From: Eledone cirrhosa
Taxonomy: Eukaryota
Length of the DNA stretch: 64,000 nt
Reading direction: 5' to 3'
Assembly: GCA_964016885.1 (NCBI GenBank)
Contig: OZ024743.1
Location: 115,754,001 to 115,818,000, forward strand
Under the pieces are notes generated by a model. The model was not told where the DNA came from. It made no database searches and was given only the letters and a program-made list of their open reading frames with translations. The position numbers and the translations under genes were made by a program. Shown one piece after another: positions 23,133-36,283 of the stretch (within the stretch, counting starts at the first letter, position 1; every line of letters starts with the position of its first letter).

Positions 23133-23674
23133 TAAAATTCTCTAAAAAGGCTACAGAATGGATTTCCAAATAAGGACACGAAAATTTAATGAAAACTTGT
23201 TCACGTGACAGCCATAATTTCATTTATAACCAACCAAAAAAGAAGCCTTCGTGAGCCCCCTTTTTTCAAGTAAAAAGAAATTCAAACACTCATATATGAA
23301 AAAACAACCTGTGACAACCCCCCCCCTCTTATTTAAAGAACAATTGTAACGCGAACTGGCGCGAAATATATTATAATTATTGACAAACCAATCAAATTAC
23401 TTCTCGAAAAACCTGGCATTTCGAGCCACTTTTTCCATATACAACAAGTAACATTCAGAGACCAACCAGATGTGAGAAAAACCACAGACCCTCCTTCTCA
23501 ACTCACCTTTTGAAAAGCAGAAGAACTGCGAAACCGGTAAAGGAACCAAATAAATATATATATTTTAAAAAAAATAAGTCTCCAGTCGCAATTTCGATTT
23601 CATCTCTTTTTCTTTATACTTTCACTCGTGTAGGACACCTCAGTAATTTTTCATCTTGGAAAAAAAACCTCACA

Positions 23675-23736
<62 letters not shown>

Positions 23737-24052
23737 GTAATTCCGTCGGAAAGGTCCAGGAAAAGAGAGTGCTCTATGTAGGTTACAGAGCTTATTAGTT
23801 ATGTAATAAACAACATAAGATACTTATTTCCTTTACCAGTGGTTTCTTGAAAGCAGACAAAATTTGCTTTCAGTCATCAGAATGAAAAAATCCTGGTGTA
23901 TTTATTTACAGTGGATTTTAAATCAAAAATATAATATATATGAAAGTGGGGCTGGAAAAGGAATAAGGAAAGGAAAAATAATAAATATAAAAATAATTAA
24001 ACACACATGCACACACACACACACGCACACACACATATACATACACAAACAG

Positions 24053-24143
<91 letters not shown>

Positions 24144-24937
24144 CGATATTAATAATATATATTTATTAATAAATGGAAACTATATTTATAAAACCATATT
24201 TATTTCATTATACATATTTCAGGGATACCAAATTAAAATATGGTATGCCTTCATCAGACAAAATACAATATATAAACAGTTTGAAATAAATATGGTTTTA
24301 TAAATATAGTTTCCATTTATTAATATAGTATATCTACTCCCAAAACTTGTCGAGTGCTTTATATCAGTTATAAAATCTTTACTTGTTGTATCCCAACAAT
24401 TTTAAATAGAACTTTTGCATATATATATATATCCATACATACACATACACACAAATACACAAACACACATATAAACACACACCTATATGTATATTTATAT
24501 ACACATACATACACACACATACATACACACATATATACACGCATACATACGCACACACAATTAATTATGACCAAAAATAAAAAAACAATGAACAGTCATA
24601 TAATGCAATATGCCGTCACATACAAGTAGAAAAAAAATAAGACGTAACAAAATACACACGTGGTAAGCAATACACACATTTACACATACACATTCATACA
24701 TATAAATATATCCATACACACATACACATATATATATATATATATAGAATATTTAAATATTATATATATATAAAAATAAAAAGGTGGAAAACTAATCGTT
24801 GGGAATACCACAAATAATAAATAAATAAATAGATAAAGGTATAAATGTTTATAGCTGATTTAGAGCCCTCAACAAGTTCCTGGAGCAAATAACCAATGGA
24901 AAAAACATTAAATCAGTCTGTATGTAATTATGCATAT

Positions 24938-25017
<80 letters not shown>

Positions 25018-25055
25018 CCATACAGATATATATAATATATATGTATATATATATA

Positions 25056-25104
25056 GCAAAAAGTATGACCCCAACGGCAGAGCTTAAGCCGTTTCGACGG
25101 CTAT
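25056..25104 (-). mobile_element. P1 fragment (one arm)
   Basis: gtatgaccccaacggcagagcttaagccgtttcgacggcta between TA repeats. Confidence 0.7.
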
Positions 25105-25121
25105 TATATATATATAAATAT

Positions 25122-25169
<48 letters not shown>

Positions 25170-25285
25170 ATATATACACACACACACATATATACAAAAA
25201 GTAAACATCACCACGTTAATAAATATATACACACACACCTATGAACACACACACACACCTATGAACACACACACACACACACACT

Positions 25286-25338
<53 letters not shown>

Positions 25339-25439
25339 GCTTATACATACAGACATATATAATTATATACACATATATACATACATATATATACATATAT
25401 ACACATATACACAATACATACACACAGAAATAAATATCT

Positions 25440-26270
25440 ATAAATAAAAAAGGTGGGTATGTAAAGGGTAAGGTAGAAAGTAGGGGGGATTAAGGAAAAT
25501 AAATAACATAGAAAAAAGTTTAAATATATGGGGAGATAAGGGAGAAAAAGAATATAAGGGTACAGAAAGTGAGTTCAGAGTAATAAAAATCGTAGTGGAT
25601 TATAAGGGTTAAAGAGCAGAGAAGAAGTTCAAGGTGGTTGTGTCATCGTAGGAATGTGAATCCAGTTACAGAGCAGATGTGATTTCAGGTGAGGACAACA
25701 TCTGAAGATCGCGATCTTGGCGTTCAGGCAAGTTGAAGTGGCTTTCAAATTTTGTATAATTCTAAATTTTTCAGTGGTACACAAAGACAATTCTTTGTGC
25801 CCCTTTGGTATTCCCTCGAATGGTCTAAAATAGACCAATCGATAGAGTACGAGATGTTTTTATCTTTGAATTCCCACACCTTATTTGCGGGAGCCGTTGC
25901 TGTTCTTTTATGAGAGTGTTTAAAAAAGCGACATGTGCATAAAACCTGGTTTTGAACCTGCCCTGATTCATGCCAAAATATCGTTCACTCCTGGCTGGCT
26001 GGTTGTTAATCAAAGGTGTCACTTTGGCCTCATATACAACGGATGTGGTATTACATTTGACCTGTAATGGACATTCATCCGCCTTCCTGCAACTGCATCC
26101 TGGATTTATTCTCGTACGATTAGAATTGGTGATTTTAGACCTCATTGATGGGCAGCATGAGTAACTAATTTTAACTACATTTCTATTAAATATCTTATAA
26201 TATCTATGATTAGGGGGAACATGTTTGTCTAAGAGGTCAAGGAATTTCCTTCCTACATTAGTTTTGACAG
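25440..26270 (-). mobile_element. PLE 3' fragment, GIY-YIG endonuclease (Naiad-like), frameshifted
   Basis: KH.PPNHRYYKIFNRNVVKISYSC, CSCRKADECPLQVKC, VVYEAKV...YFG, SLCTTEK and CCPH, followed by a pyrimidine-rich 3' UTR. Confidence 0.75.
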
Positions 26271-26479
26271 TTAATATATATATACACACACATACATACA
26301 CATATATTCATATATACACACTCATATGCACACATACATACACCCACATGTATACTCATACCTGTACACTTATAGACGTACATACAAACACATCTACACA
26401 CACATATTTATACACATCTACTCAAGTATTTAAGTTCACATATACATTGGGGTGGGGAAGGGGGGATTAATAAAATGTT

Positions 26480-26945
26480 AGTATACCTCTGAAGGTTGTT
26501 CTTCTCTTCAACGAACGAATGTTTGAAAGGCTGGGTATCATCCACTTCTGTTTGGATATTTTTCTTTTTTTAATATGCGATTCTTTAAAGAAAAGAGAAA
26601 GCGGCGAGAATCCCGTTAATCGGAGATAGAATATAATTTGTTCGTGTTCAGTAGTGGTTTGTACTTTCTAATGGAGAATTCTTTATATTTTCGGAAATGT
26701 TCGTTGTCGAACCATATGTTAAAGAAGGGACAAATTGTGAATTTTCCCTTTCCGCATGCTGCGAAGTGTTCACTGCATGTGGTGTTTCTGAGAGAGTGGT
26801 CTCTAATTTATTGTTTATGTATTCGAACTCTGTCATGTAGACCCGTTACGTTTTCACTAATGTAGTATTCTTTACATTGTAGGCAGGTTGCACAGTAAAT
26901 TAAGGTTTGGGTTTTGCAATTCATGTTTGTATTAACTTTGATAAT
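26480..26945 (-). mobile_element. PLE GIY-YIG endonuclease fragment (Neptune-like)
   Basis: MNCKTQTLIYCATCLQCKEYYISE...LHDRVRIHKQ...SEHFAAC...KYKPLLN. Confidence 0.75.
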
Positions 26946-28530
26946 TCCATCCCGCGATCCGGCCAGTCGCTGCCCCCGAACAGCTGAGTAAAGTGTTGCT
27001 GAAAAGCTGCACACATTTTCCCGGGATCGAGTAACATGCGTCCGATGTGAACTTCCAAAGACCGGATCGTGGTTTTGTTGCCACACTGCACCACTGCCAC
27101 TTGGTCCCATCGAACGGCTTTCGTCCCCTCGTGTCTGAGAGCACGTGCCGTAACTCTGACAATGCAGCCTTCGTGCTTTGCGTTGAAGAATTCGTTGAGG
27201 GCCAATTTCGCCGCAAGCTCGTCGGTCGCGATGCTTCGTCTAATTTTCCAACTAGATCTCCCTTTGCTCTATTTTTCTTTATTGCTAACGCCTTACTAAA
27301 GCTAATGGGCTCTATTCTAATCGCTCTTTTCAGGACGAACCACCATTTGTTGTTGATGACCGCACCCATTAAAGCCCGCTTAATTAATTTACTAATCGGG
27401 TCTTTGTAGACTTTGCATGCTGTCAACGATGCGTTTAGGTTCAAGGAGCCGGGACCCTGTCTATGAAGCCTATCTAAGTCAACCACGCAGATCACGAATT
27501 TGTGTGTCGAGAAGTCGACTATTTTGAATCGTGGACCGCCTATCTACACAATACTCTATCTATATACGATCTGGATGACCCGATGCGGTTTGTCCATGTC
27601 CACATTGTAACACTCAGGAAATCCAGACGATACATGTCAGAGAGTTGAAAAGTCTGAGCAGGTTTGCAAGGCTTTTCACACCCTCCTCACCTATCCGCTA
27701 ATCCCACACAGTCCAAGCGTACATCCAAGATCCCGTTCCAATCGCCTACTAACACTAAAAGAGTGGGGCGTTCCAAGAAAGATCTCCAGGCGCCGGAAGA
27801 AGTCAGGCCATCCTGCCCCTTTTGGGGCATAGACTACTACTAACCTGAAAGCTTGCGCTGGTCACGTCCATCACCACCAACTTACATTCTGTGTCCAAGA
27901 AGTTGGCCCGTATCTGGAGATCCACACTCTCTCCGGAACAATACAGCCAACCCCCACCCCCGAGATCCGGGATGGCTTGGGGATGTGTACATCTAGTAGC
28001 CGCCGAAAATGGGTGCGAATGACCGTGCCACGGAGATTCTGGTCCCTCTGATTGCCAGCGCATTTATGTTTAGTGACCTGAGATTGTTGAGCAGGTGGCC
28101 CTGCTTCCAAGACAACCCCAGGCCACGTTCATGTATACTGCCTATCTTGAGAGAAGCTATGTTGGTTTAAATTGGAGGAAAGCGAATGAGAGGGGAAACG
28201 TAAATAAAACTTTATCTTTGGCTTTCTTTTAGAAAAGGGGTGTGTGATCAATTCCTCCAACCAGTAGTGGATTTCTCCACGAGAATGTCAGAATAACTTT
28301 TTTGTTGAGGTTCTCTCCAATTGCCGCGGTGAACTTTTTCTTTAATGTTATGTAATTCTTTTAAGAAACTTCAATCATTTTTCTGTGTGCGGGAGGTTCA
28401 ATTTTGGTGGTTTGTATATAATTTGTGTTGAATGCAATTTAAAAGCTTTGTGCTTGTCTGTGTTTATAGCTGTGTATTGTGTCTGCTTTTGTGATATTGG
28501 TGCTTTCTGTGTTTGTTATGGTTTTGCTCA
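26946..28530 (-). mobile_element. Old Tx1 remnant D (ORF1 C-terminus and ORF2 endonuclease/linker)
   Basis: Collinear with 5615-7250 and 11715-13320, with many indels. Confidence 0.88.
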
Positions 28531-28589
28531 GAAAAAAAGCGAAGGTACGTCAAAAATGCCAGATTGTTTCATTGGAATTTCTGGCACAA

Positions 28590-29660
28590 GTATAACAGGA
28601 GCAGAAGTGAGAAATGGTATGAACACCAAACGAAAATGGTGGCTGAAAATGAACAGTAGAAGATATGACCATCCAGTGCGATCATTTTATCGTGAATAGA
28701 AAGCCGTACATTGTTGTCATGGAAAATAAGAATAACAAGGCATGCATTGTGGATATAGCTTCGCCTTGGTACTGGAGGGTGAATGAGACGGAAAGTGAGA
28801 AAGTTGAGCAATTCCAGGAAATTCCTGAAGAGAAAAACCAGGGAATTATGTAGAATCATACACGTAGAAATGGTACCGATTGTGTTTGGTACGCCGGGAG
28901 CAGTTGGTAGAAGGTTAGATGCATGGATTCAGAAGCTAGGAATTACCATCAGGATGGGATAGTTGCCGAAAACAGCCTTGCTAGGTAAAGTAAGGATTCT
29001 AAGGTGGGTGTTGGATAGTTGAAGGGGAAGGAATGATGCAAAGAACGTCTGGCCATTGGCTCTGGCATGTTCTTTTCGTATAGTGTCGGTGTTTTATTTT
29101 ATTGACCAGCGTAAGGAATAAAGGCGAAACAAACCTAGGCAGGATTTGAACACGGAACGTAAAGGGAGTCGACTTTATACCGCAAAGCATGGTGTCTGAC
29201 GCTCTGGCGACTCTGCGAATCCACTGCCGAATAATTTTCTTCAAATCTATGGGGGATAGCGTACTAGCATAACAACGATGTGAATGGATAAATGAAGTCG
29301 ATCATGAATTATCTAATGAACAAATATGGGAAGGAATTTCAAAAGAAATAATTCAAGAATAAGTTAGAAAAATGCCAAACTAAAGCTCTCCTTTTTGTCA
29401 CTAAAAAGGTTGATGGTATTACCAATGATAGCTGGATTCCTGGGAACAGTGAGTAGAAATCTTGAGAAGAACACCCGACTAATAGGGATTGCAAGACGGA
29501 TGGAACACTTAAAAAACCAGCATTGCTTGTAACAGCTCGAATAGTCCGGAAATTACTCGAAAAATAAGGAGTGTTACCCCAGTTCACTGGCAGTGAACAA
29601 CTAACGCTGTAAAACATCTCCAGCGTTAGAAGCTTAACGAAGAAACAATAATAATAATAA
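28590..29660 (+). mobile_element. Two R4/Dong-like restriction-like-endonuclease 3' remnants with a degenerate SINE between them (~29090-29230, minus strand)
   Basis: RKPYIVV...CIVDIASP..RV.E.E.EK, VPIVFG..G and KTALLG..RILR.VL. The second remnant has ALLVTARIVRKLL and ends in (TAA)n. Confidence 0.65.
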
Positions 29661-29689
29661 TTATTATTATTTTATTTATTAGCCACAAT

Positions 29690-30120
29690 ATCTTCCATAT
29701 AGAATATAATCAAATACTTTCCAAAGTGTTGTGTGCGGCTTTTCAGCAATAATTTGCTCAAGCTTTCGGGTTGAGCTGCAGGTCAACTCGCAAAATTGAC
29801 AAAATTGACAATGTTTAACTCAGCGGTAACGAAAGTGGAGTGATGTAAAATGCTGACAACTGCCATTGAAATGCATGTATCGGTGCTTTGCTGCACAAGG
29901 CGCGAACTATTTGGCTCAGCTCTTGGGGGCCTACATTTATATGCCAGATTCGTTCTGTGACTCCGTCGTTGATTTGTATCAGAACTGGCAGCCGAACGAA
30001 AAAGCCCCTGGTTGTTTGAGTCAGAAGGCTGTGGCGCGGTTGAGAATAGATCTGAACAAGAGGGACTGCATCGAACATGTTCAGTCATTAATTCTGCTAA
30101 ACGCAGAATTCAAGGTTTTG
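29690..30120 (+). mobile_element. Highly diverged Tx1 ORF2 remnant E
   Basis: YMPDSFCDSVVDLYQNWQ...LILLNAEFKVL aligns to QMPDLFGGLLADVYCNWQ...ITLLNTEFKIL. Confidence 0.75.
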
Positions 30121-30777
30121 TCCTTATATATATGTGTGATTATTTGTATGTATGTATATCAATGCGCGTATGTTTGTGTATGTGCATGTTTATGTGTATG
30201 TATGTATACGTACATGTGTATATATACATACACATAAACATATATATGTATGTATACATATATTTATCTATGTATAAATCCTTTTCCGTAAGTTTGTATC
30301 TTTCCCATTTATTGAATTATCTCTTCTCATATCAATCTAACAATGTAGATGTTGAACTCTTTCACGTTTTCATTATCTCAACATATATTTATCTATAGGC
30401 CTCATTCACCGTTCTGATCCGAGTTTCCATCTCATTAACTTCTACAGATATATCTAAATATACGAAATACCATCTCAGAAATACAACCGGAATCCTTTGT
30501 TTTCTCTACAGTTGAATTATATTGAACGAGCAGGGTGTTCACATTGTCCTTGTGTCACACAAAAAAAGCTAAAACTGCGTGACATATAAGAAGAAATACG
30601 CACTGAGGAAATCTTTTCAATCGTAGATAAAGAAAGGAGAAAATCTGAAAGGAGCCTTGAGAATTGAGAATTCTTGCAACAAAAAGTATGTTAACACGGA
30701 ATATAAGATTATGAAATATATTTCGAATTTGATGTGCTGTGAAATAAATAATATCTATTATATTTGTTTGGGTATAA

Positions 30778-30966
30778 GGGCAGGTGAATTGGCAGTATCG
30801 GTAGAGGGTCGGACGCCATGCTTTCCAGCTTAGTTACGTCCCTTTACGATCTGAGTTAAAATCCCGGTGAGATTAACTTTGCCTTTAATCCTTACGGGGT
30901 TGATAAAATAAAGTTCCAGTAATTTACTGGGTAATTGCTGGCTTTGTGCCAAAAGTAGAATCAATT
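30778..30966 (+). mobile_element. tRNA-derived SINE
   Basis: A-box-like TGGCAGTATCGG, B-box-like GAGTTAAAATCCC, the conserved CCTTT.ATCCTT.CGGGGT.GATAAA core and a TTGTGCCAAAAGTAGAA tail. Confidence 0.8.
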
Positions 30967-31071
30967 AATTATACGAAACTCTGGATGGTAAGATGTATAT
31001 TTGGAGGTGCGATTACACTCAGCAGATCTCTCCGTGTGAATCTTTTTTCTAGCCAAATCAGAGGCAATCCA

Positions 31072-31126
<55 letters not shown>

Positions 31127-31560
31127 AATGTGATGTCGAAACGACAAGAGCTCATCCATCGAGCAGTAACTAATTACAATAACTACACTCCACATTCTTA
31201 AATAATCGAGTACTAAGCTGAACAATCGTCATACTCATCAAAACTGGTAATTCTCAAAATATATATACGTAGGCAAACGAAAGAGTGATAGAGAGAAGTA
31301 GTGACAGGCAGAAATTGTTCAGTTCTTTATATTTAAAATACTGAATAAATATCAAAGATTCTCCTGAATTAATAAACTCAAATATTTGAAAGGAATTACA
31401 CCTGAATAGAAAACATTGTCTGGCTTCGAAGTCGAAAATATATTAAATTCCACAAATGTCTTCTTTTCTTATGTTATTTGTCCATATCAATTTATCTCAC
31501 CTGACGTCGCGCAATAAATATTTTTGGACAAAATTGATTTGCAACAAAGCAAAGACAGCG

Positions 31561-31596
<36 letters not shown>

Positions 31597-31598
<2 letters not shown>

Positions 31599-31799
31599 CA
31601 AAGGAATTGTGGTAAGGAACCAGAAGGACCATAACGCACCAGAGTACTCAATACTTAGGGTAGTAGAGCGGGAAAAAGGAAAAAGTATGACCCCCGACCG
31701 CAGAGATCAAGCCGTTTCGACGGCTATTACTGGAAATAATCCAGAAATAACCGCCGAAAAGGCTTGAGCTCTGCCGTCGGGGTCATATTTTTTCCTTTA
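31597..31799 (-). mobile_element. P1 fold-back element (older, imperfect arms)
   Basis: Same tail and palindrome as the other copies, flanked by (TA)n. Confidence 0.8.
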
Positions 31800-32099
31800 T
31801 ATATATATATATACACACACACACATATATATATTATATATTATCTATTGCGCACACACATATACACCCACACACTCACACATCTATATTACTATTTTAT
31901 TATATATATATATAATATAATAATAGTAATATATATATGTGTGAGTGTGTATGTGCGTGTTTATGCGTGTATACGTGTTTGTGTGTGTGTGTGTGTGTCT
32001 GTGTGTGTCTGTGTGTGTCTGTGTGTGTTTAGAATAATGAAAGTAATATAAACGGTGAAGATAAGTTCTTGATTAGTTCATTGCTCTACCATCATTTCA

Positions 32100-32770
32100 G
32101 TGGGTTGATGGAGGACTTATTTCCAAGGCAAGTTTGTAGGCGTCTTTCATTGTTCGTATAGCAGCGTTGTCTCCTTGATTAAACCAAGGGGTGTTCCTAC
32201 CATCCGACGCCACACCAAGCCTATTTCTCCAGCAGCATTTAGTAGCTGAAGCAGGAACTGCTGAGCTGAACAATCACCACTCCGTTTCAATGTCATCAGT
32301 TTACTCAGGGAGTTCTCTGAATGTGGGTGCAATAGTATCTGCATACCTTGTCGTGACTTCATTATGCACCAATGATTCCCTCTTTGCATGTATGTCATCC
32401 TGAACCTGCCAGTTCTCTGGCTTCCTTGGCTTTAGATAGCAAACTAGTATAGATAAGTATATGATGAACAGTTGACAGCTGAAACCCTATCATAACACGA
32501 ACATTCAGCACAGAATCGAGGAGGTCAGAGACAATAACAAAATAACAAGATCCATCATTGATCTCTATCCCTGATTGACGTTATACCATATATATTTGTG
32601 GATGTCTTCGTACTGAAAGAAGGTGTTCATAATACAGAATCCATTATTCGAAGAGACGTCTAATAAGGCCTATCTATTCGTATTTAGATCGCGGACGCCA
32701 TTCCTGCCAATCGCTCCTTCTCATGTCAGGTGGTTAGTGTCAATATGTGTATTGGAATTCTCAGCAGAGC
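32100..32770 (-). mobile_element. RTE-clade LINE endonuclease remnant
   Basis: GAIGRNGVRDLNTN..LLD....GFCIMNTFFQY..IHKY.W...RSMMD. Confidence 0.6.
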
Positions 32771-33129
32771 TGTTCTGCTAGAGGACGAATCGCATGTGGC
32801 GGATAACTATACTGCCACCAGATATGATATTGTTAATTGCGAAATAAGCGGGCAACTGCCGGACGATTAAGAAACCCTCGACCAACAGCGGTAAACTACT
32901 AGCGGAGATGGAGCAATGATTGACATTTGTAGCTTCCGCAATAACTCTCACAACTCAGTAGCGTAGATATGATGAGGCGATTCAAGGCTGCCTAGTCTCC
33001 GAGTGTTTGAGAAAGTACCAGCTTGGTTTCAGACCACTGAAACTGAAACTGCAATACCATAAGAGGAACAAACAAGAACCACATCGCATCATCCTTTGCA
33101 TTGATTAACTAGAGACGTGTTCAGGCCTT

Positions 33130-33780
33130 AAGAAGAGGGGCGTGTTTTAAAATGATATTGCAGTCTCCATTTCATGCCCCCAAAACTGGCGATGGGCCTG
33201 TAACCTGTCATGAGAGGTGTGTTATGAGCGCTCAAAAGCTGCTTACTCCGAGACACCAAAGAGGGCCCAACAGGGAGAAAACCATGACAATTGGAACATG
33301 GAGAGATCACAACCATTAAAAGTAAGGATCAGGAACTAATGGAGTTGGCTAGATGCTACCGGCTAGATACAGGCGAGGTTTCCTCAAAATGTTACGTGGC
33401 TCCGATACTGTAGATTTGGATGGGAAATGGAGACTCCACTAGTCAGGTGTGGCGCCAGAGATTACTGCACGGGCGGGATTAGGGATACCCACATACCCAG
33501 AGCTATTAGATTGCGTTATGGACTGGATACCATTCGGAGGGATAATTTGCCTCTTGTAGCTTAGGCTGAAAAATAGGTATCTGGGGGTGGTGCAAGTTTA
33601 TGCACCAAAACAAGGAGTCTGCATACAGATCCTTCCTTGATGAAGTCTCTGCAGCGTTGCATGTAGTTAACACTGAATCATATATCCTGATGGGAGACTT
33701 CAATGCATTGTTGGCTCTGACCATCTGGCATAGAGATGAGTGCTTGGAAGAAATGGCGACCATATTCTGTCAATTGGTGT
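33130..33780 (+). mobile_element. RTE-clade LINE 5' remnant (endonuclease N-terminus)
   Basis: IGTW, VQVYAP and FLDEVSAAL...ILMGDFNA. Confidence 0.7.
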
Positions 33781-35388
33781 AAGGTGCGGTTCACAGAAAC
33801 GTACAGACCAGCTAGTATTCATATAAGTATCTAGTTTAATTGATCATTTATGTAATAAATTAAACTCCAATGGAACGCAATGTCAAACCACCTTAAATAT
33901 GTGCAAAGAAATCTTGTCAACATGAACATTTAGAAATACGTTAACAATAATAATTTTATATTTCTACTACGCGTGGCATAGAAGAAATATTGTGAGTTTG
34001 ATTCCAGTTGGCTTGTTGAATACTTAATCAAGATTATATGCTTCACGTTGCTCCAGACTACTTGCCTGGCAAACAATTAGTTGTACCTGTAACACAAAGC
34101 GGACCGCATTATCACACACACTGTCGCGCTGAATCTCTTCAAGAATTACGTTAAGCTTGCGTGTCAGTGGAATGCTCAGCCAGTTTCACATAACTTTCAA
34201 GTGTAGGTTTTTTTATTCATCGTATCACCTGGAACACTCGCCATGTCGTAGGAACAAATGGAGGTCCCAAACTCATATGAATTTACTGCCATGAATTTAC
34301 TTCCAATGTATTAATATTAGTAATTAAACCTCGTGAATGATACACATTAGTTTCCTCCCATATATATTATAAAAGTAGCGTATGTTTTCAAAAAATCGAT
34401 ACAGATTGCTAAGGTTGATTATTTTTCATCCATACCCAAAGTATGAACATCATTTACCATAATGCATTCATGATTATTATTATCATTTTGAAAGACATTA
34501 CAAGTACATTAAAACGAATCATGTTTCACTATAATCATTTCATCAATATTCATATAGAAATTTGCATAAAACTTTGTAATTGCCAGAGGGATGATAATAT
34601 GTAGTTCATATAAACGTTCATATAAATGTTTATAAACATCTATGCTGGGATATTAATGGCTTCAGATATTATGTTGCCGTTATTCAATTCAGAACGTATG
34701 TGTGTTCACTATCATGTTACTGTAATCAACACAGTCCTTTCTCTTTTCTTTATATGCTTTTAGTTATAATGGTTCTAAGGAAATCATTATAAATGCATAC
34801 ATAGCTGAAATTTATAATGAACTAATATATATACCTCATGAGTAATACCTCGATATTGACAAACACTTACGTGTAACACATGCATATATATATATTTCGT
34901 TTTCATTTTATTACAACTCATCGTTTTCGGTATGCCTGACCGATTTAACTCACTCAATATGCAAATTAGGCTGCTCAGCCGTTAATTTTCATAAGGAAAG
35001 TATATACTTTCGAACGTTCAACTATCTGGCAGATGGGTATACGGTGCTGATGATAGCTAACAAGCTTGAAACTAGTACATCGTTCCTGTGTCAGTGTTGA
35101 ACAAAAAGGTGACGTGGTTGCCTTAACACCGTATGGCATAAATTCAGGCTGTTCAGTTTGTTTACAAACGAACAAAGCGGCGTTATAATAAGCGTCCGCT
35201 AAACTGATGCGTGCATATATGTATGTGTACCTGTATGTATATATATACGTATGTATATATATATATATATATATGCATGCTACTGTACGTCTGTATACAT
35301 ATATGTATGTACGTATACATACATACTTACATTTAAGTAAGTGCCATACTAAGAGTGAGAAATAAAATTTCGTTTTCATTTTTTTCAA

Positions 35389-35451
<63 letters not shown>

Positions 35452-35457
<6 letters not shown>

Positions 35458-36192
35458 GAAAATGAGGTTTTTTTACAAAATGAAAAAAGAAAAAGATGTC
35501 CCTAAACGAGTGAATGTATAAGGAAAATAGATGAAATCGAAAATGCAACTGGAGTCTTTTTAAAAATATTTATTTGGTTCTTTTACCGGTTTCGCAGTTA
35601 TTCTGCTTTTCAAAAGTAGAATTGAGCTGGGGGGTTTGTGGTTTTTCTCGCATCTGGTTGGTATTCGAATGTTACTACTATTTTATATGAAAAAAATGGC
35701 TCGAAATGCTAGGTTTTTAGAAAAGTAATTTAGTTGGTTGATGACTGTCATGTGAATAAGTATAATAAATTTCGCGCCAGTGACGTACAAAGTTCTTATT
35801 ATATTTGCCTTTAATAAAAGGGGGTGGGTCGGTCTCAGATTGTTTGTTCATATATGAGTGAAATTTGGATGGTTGATGCACATCAACTTTCACGCCAGTT
35901 TGTGTTTGAATTTCTTTTTACTTAAAAAAAGTGGCTCATTTTATAAATGTAATTTGATTGGTTTTAAATGATATTTAACTGTCACGTGAAAACAAGTACA
36001 TTAAATTTCGCTCCCGTATTTGGGAATTTTTTTTGAAGCCTTTTATAGATTTTTGTGCCAAACAAAAGGAAATGGTCAAGACAAAAGGGATGGTGAGATT
36101 TGTTCTGATTCAGTGAGTATGGCTGGGGTGTCAAAATTCAGATTTTCTATTGAAATAAAGAAAGTAGAGATATGTATGTTTATTTGTGTGCT

Positions 36193-36283
<91 letters not shown>

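Noticed and set aside
26808-27110. ORF spanning Tx1 and GIY-YIG sequence, suggesting a chimeric element
   Set aside because: The Tx1 part is read out of its native frame and both parts are decayed, so this is simply a junction of two remnants.
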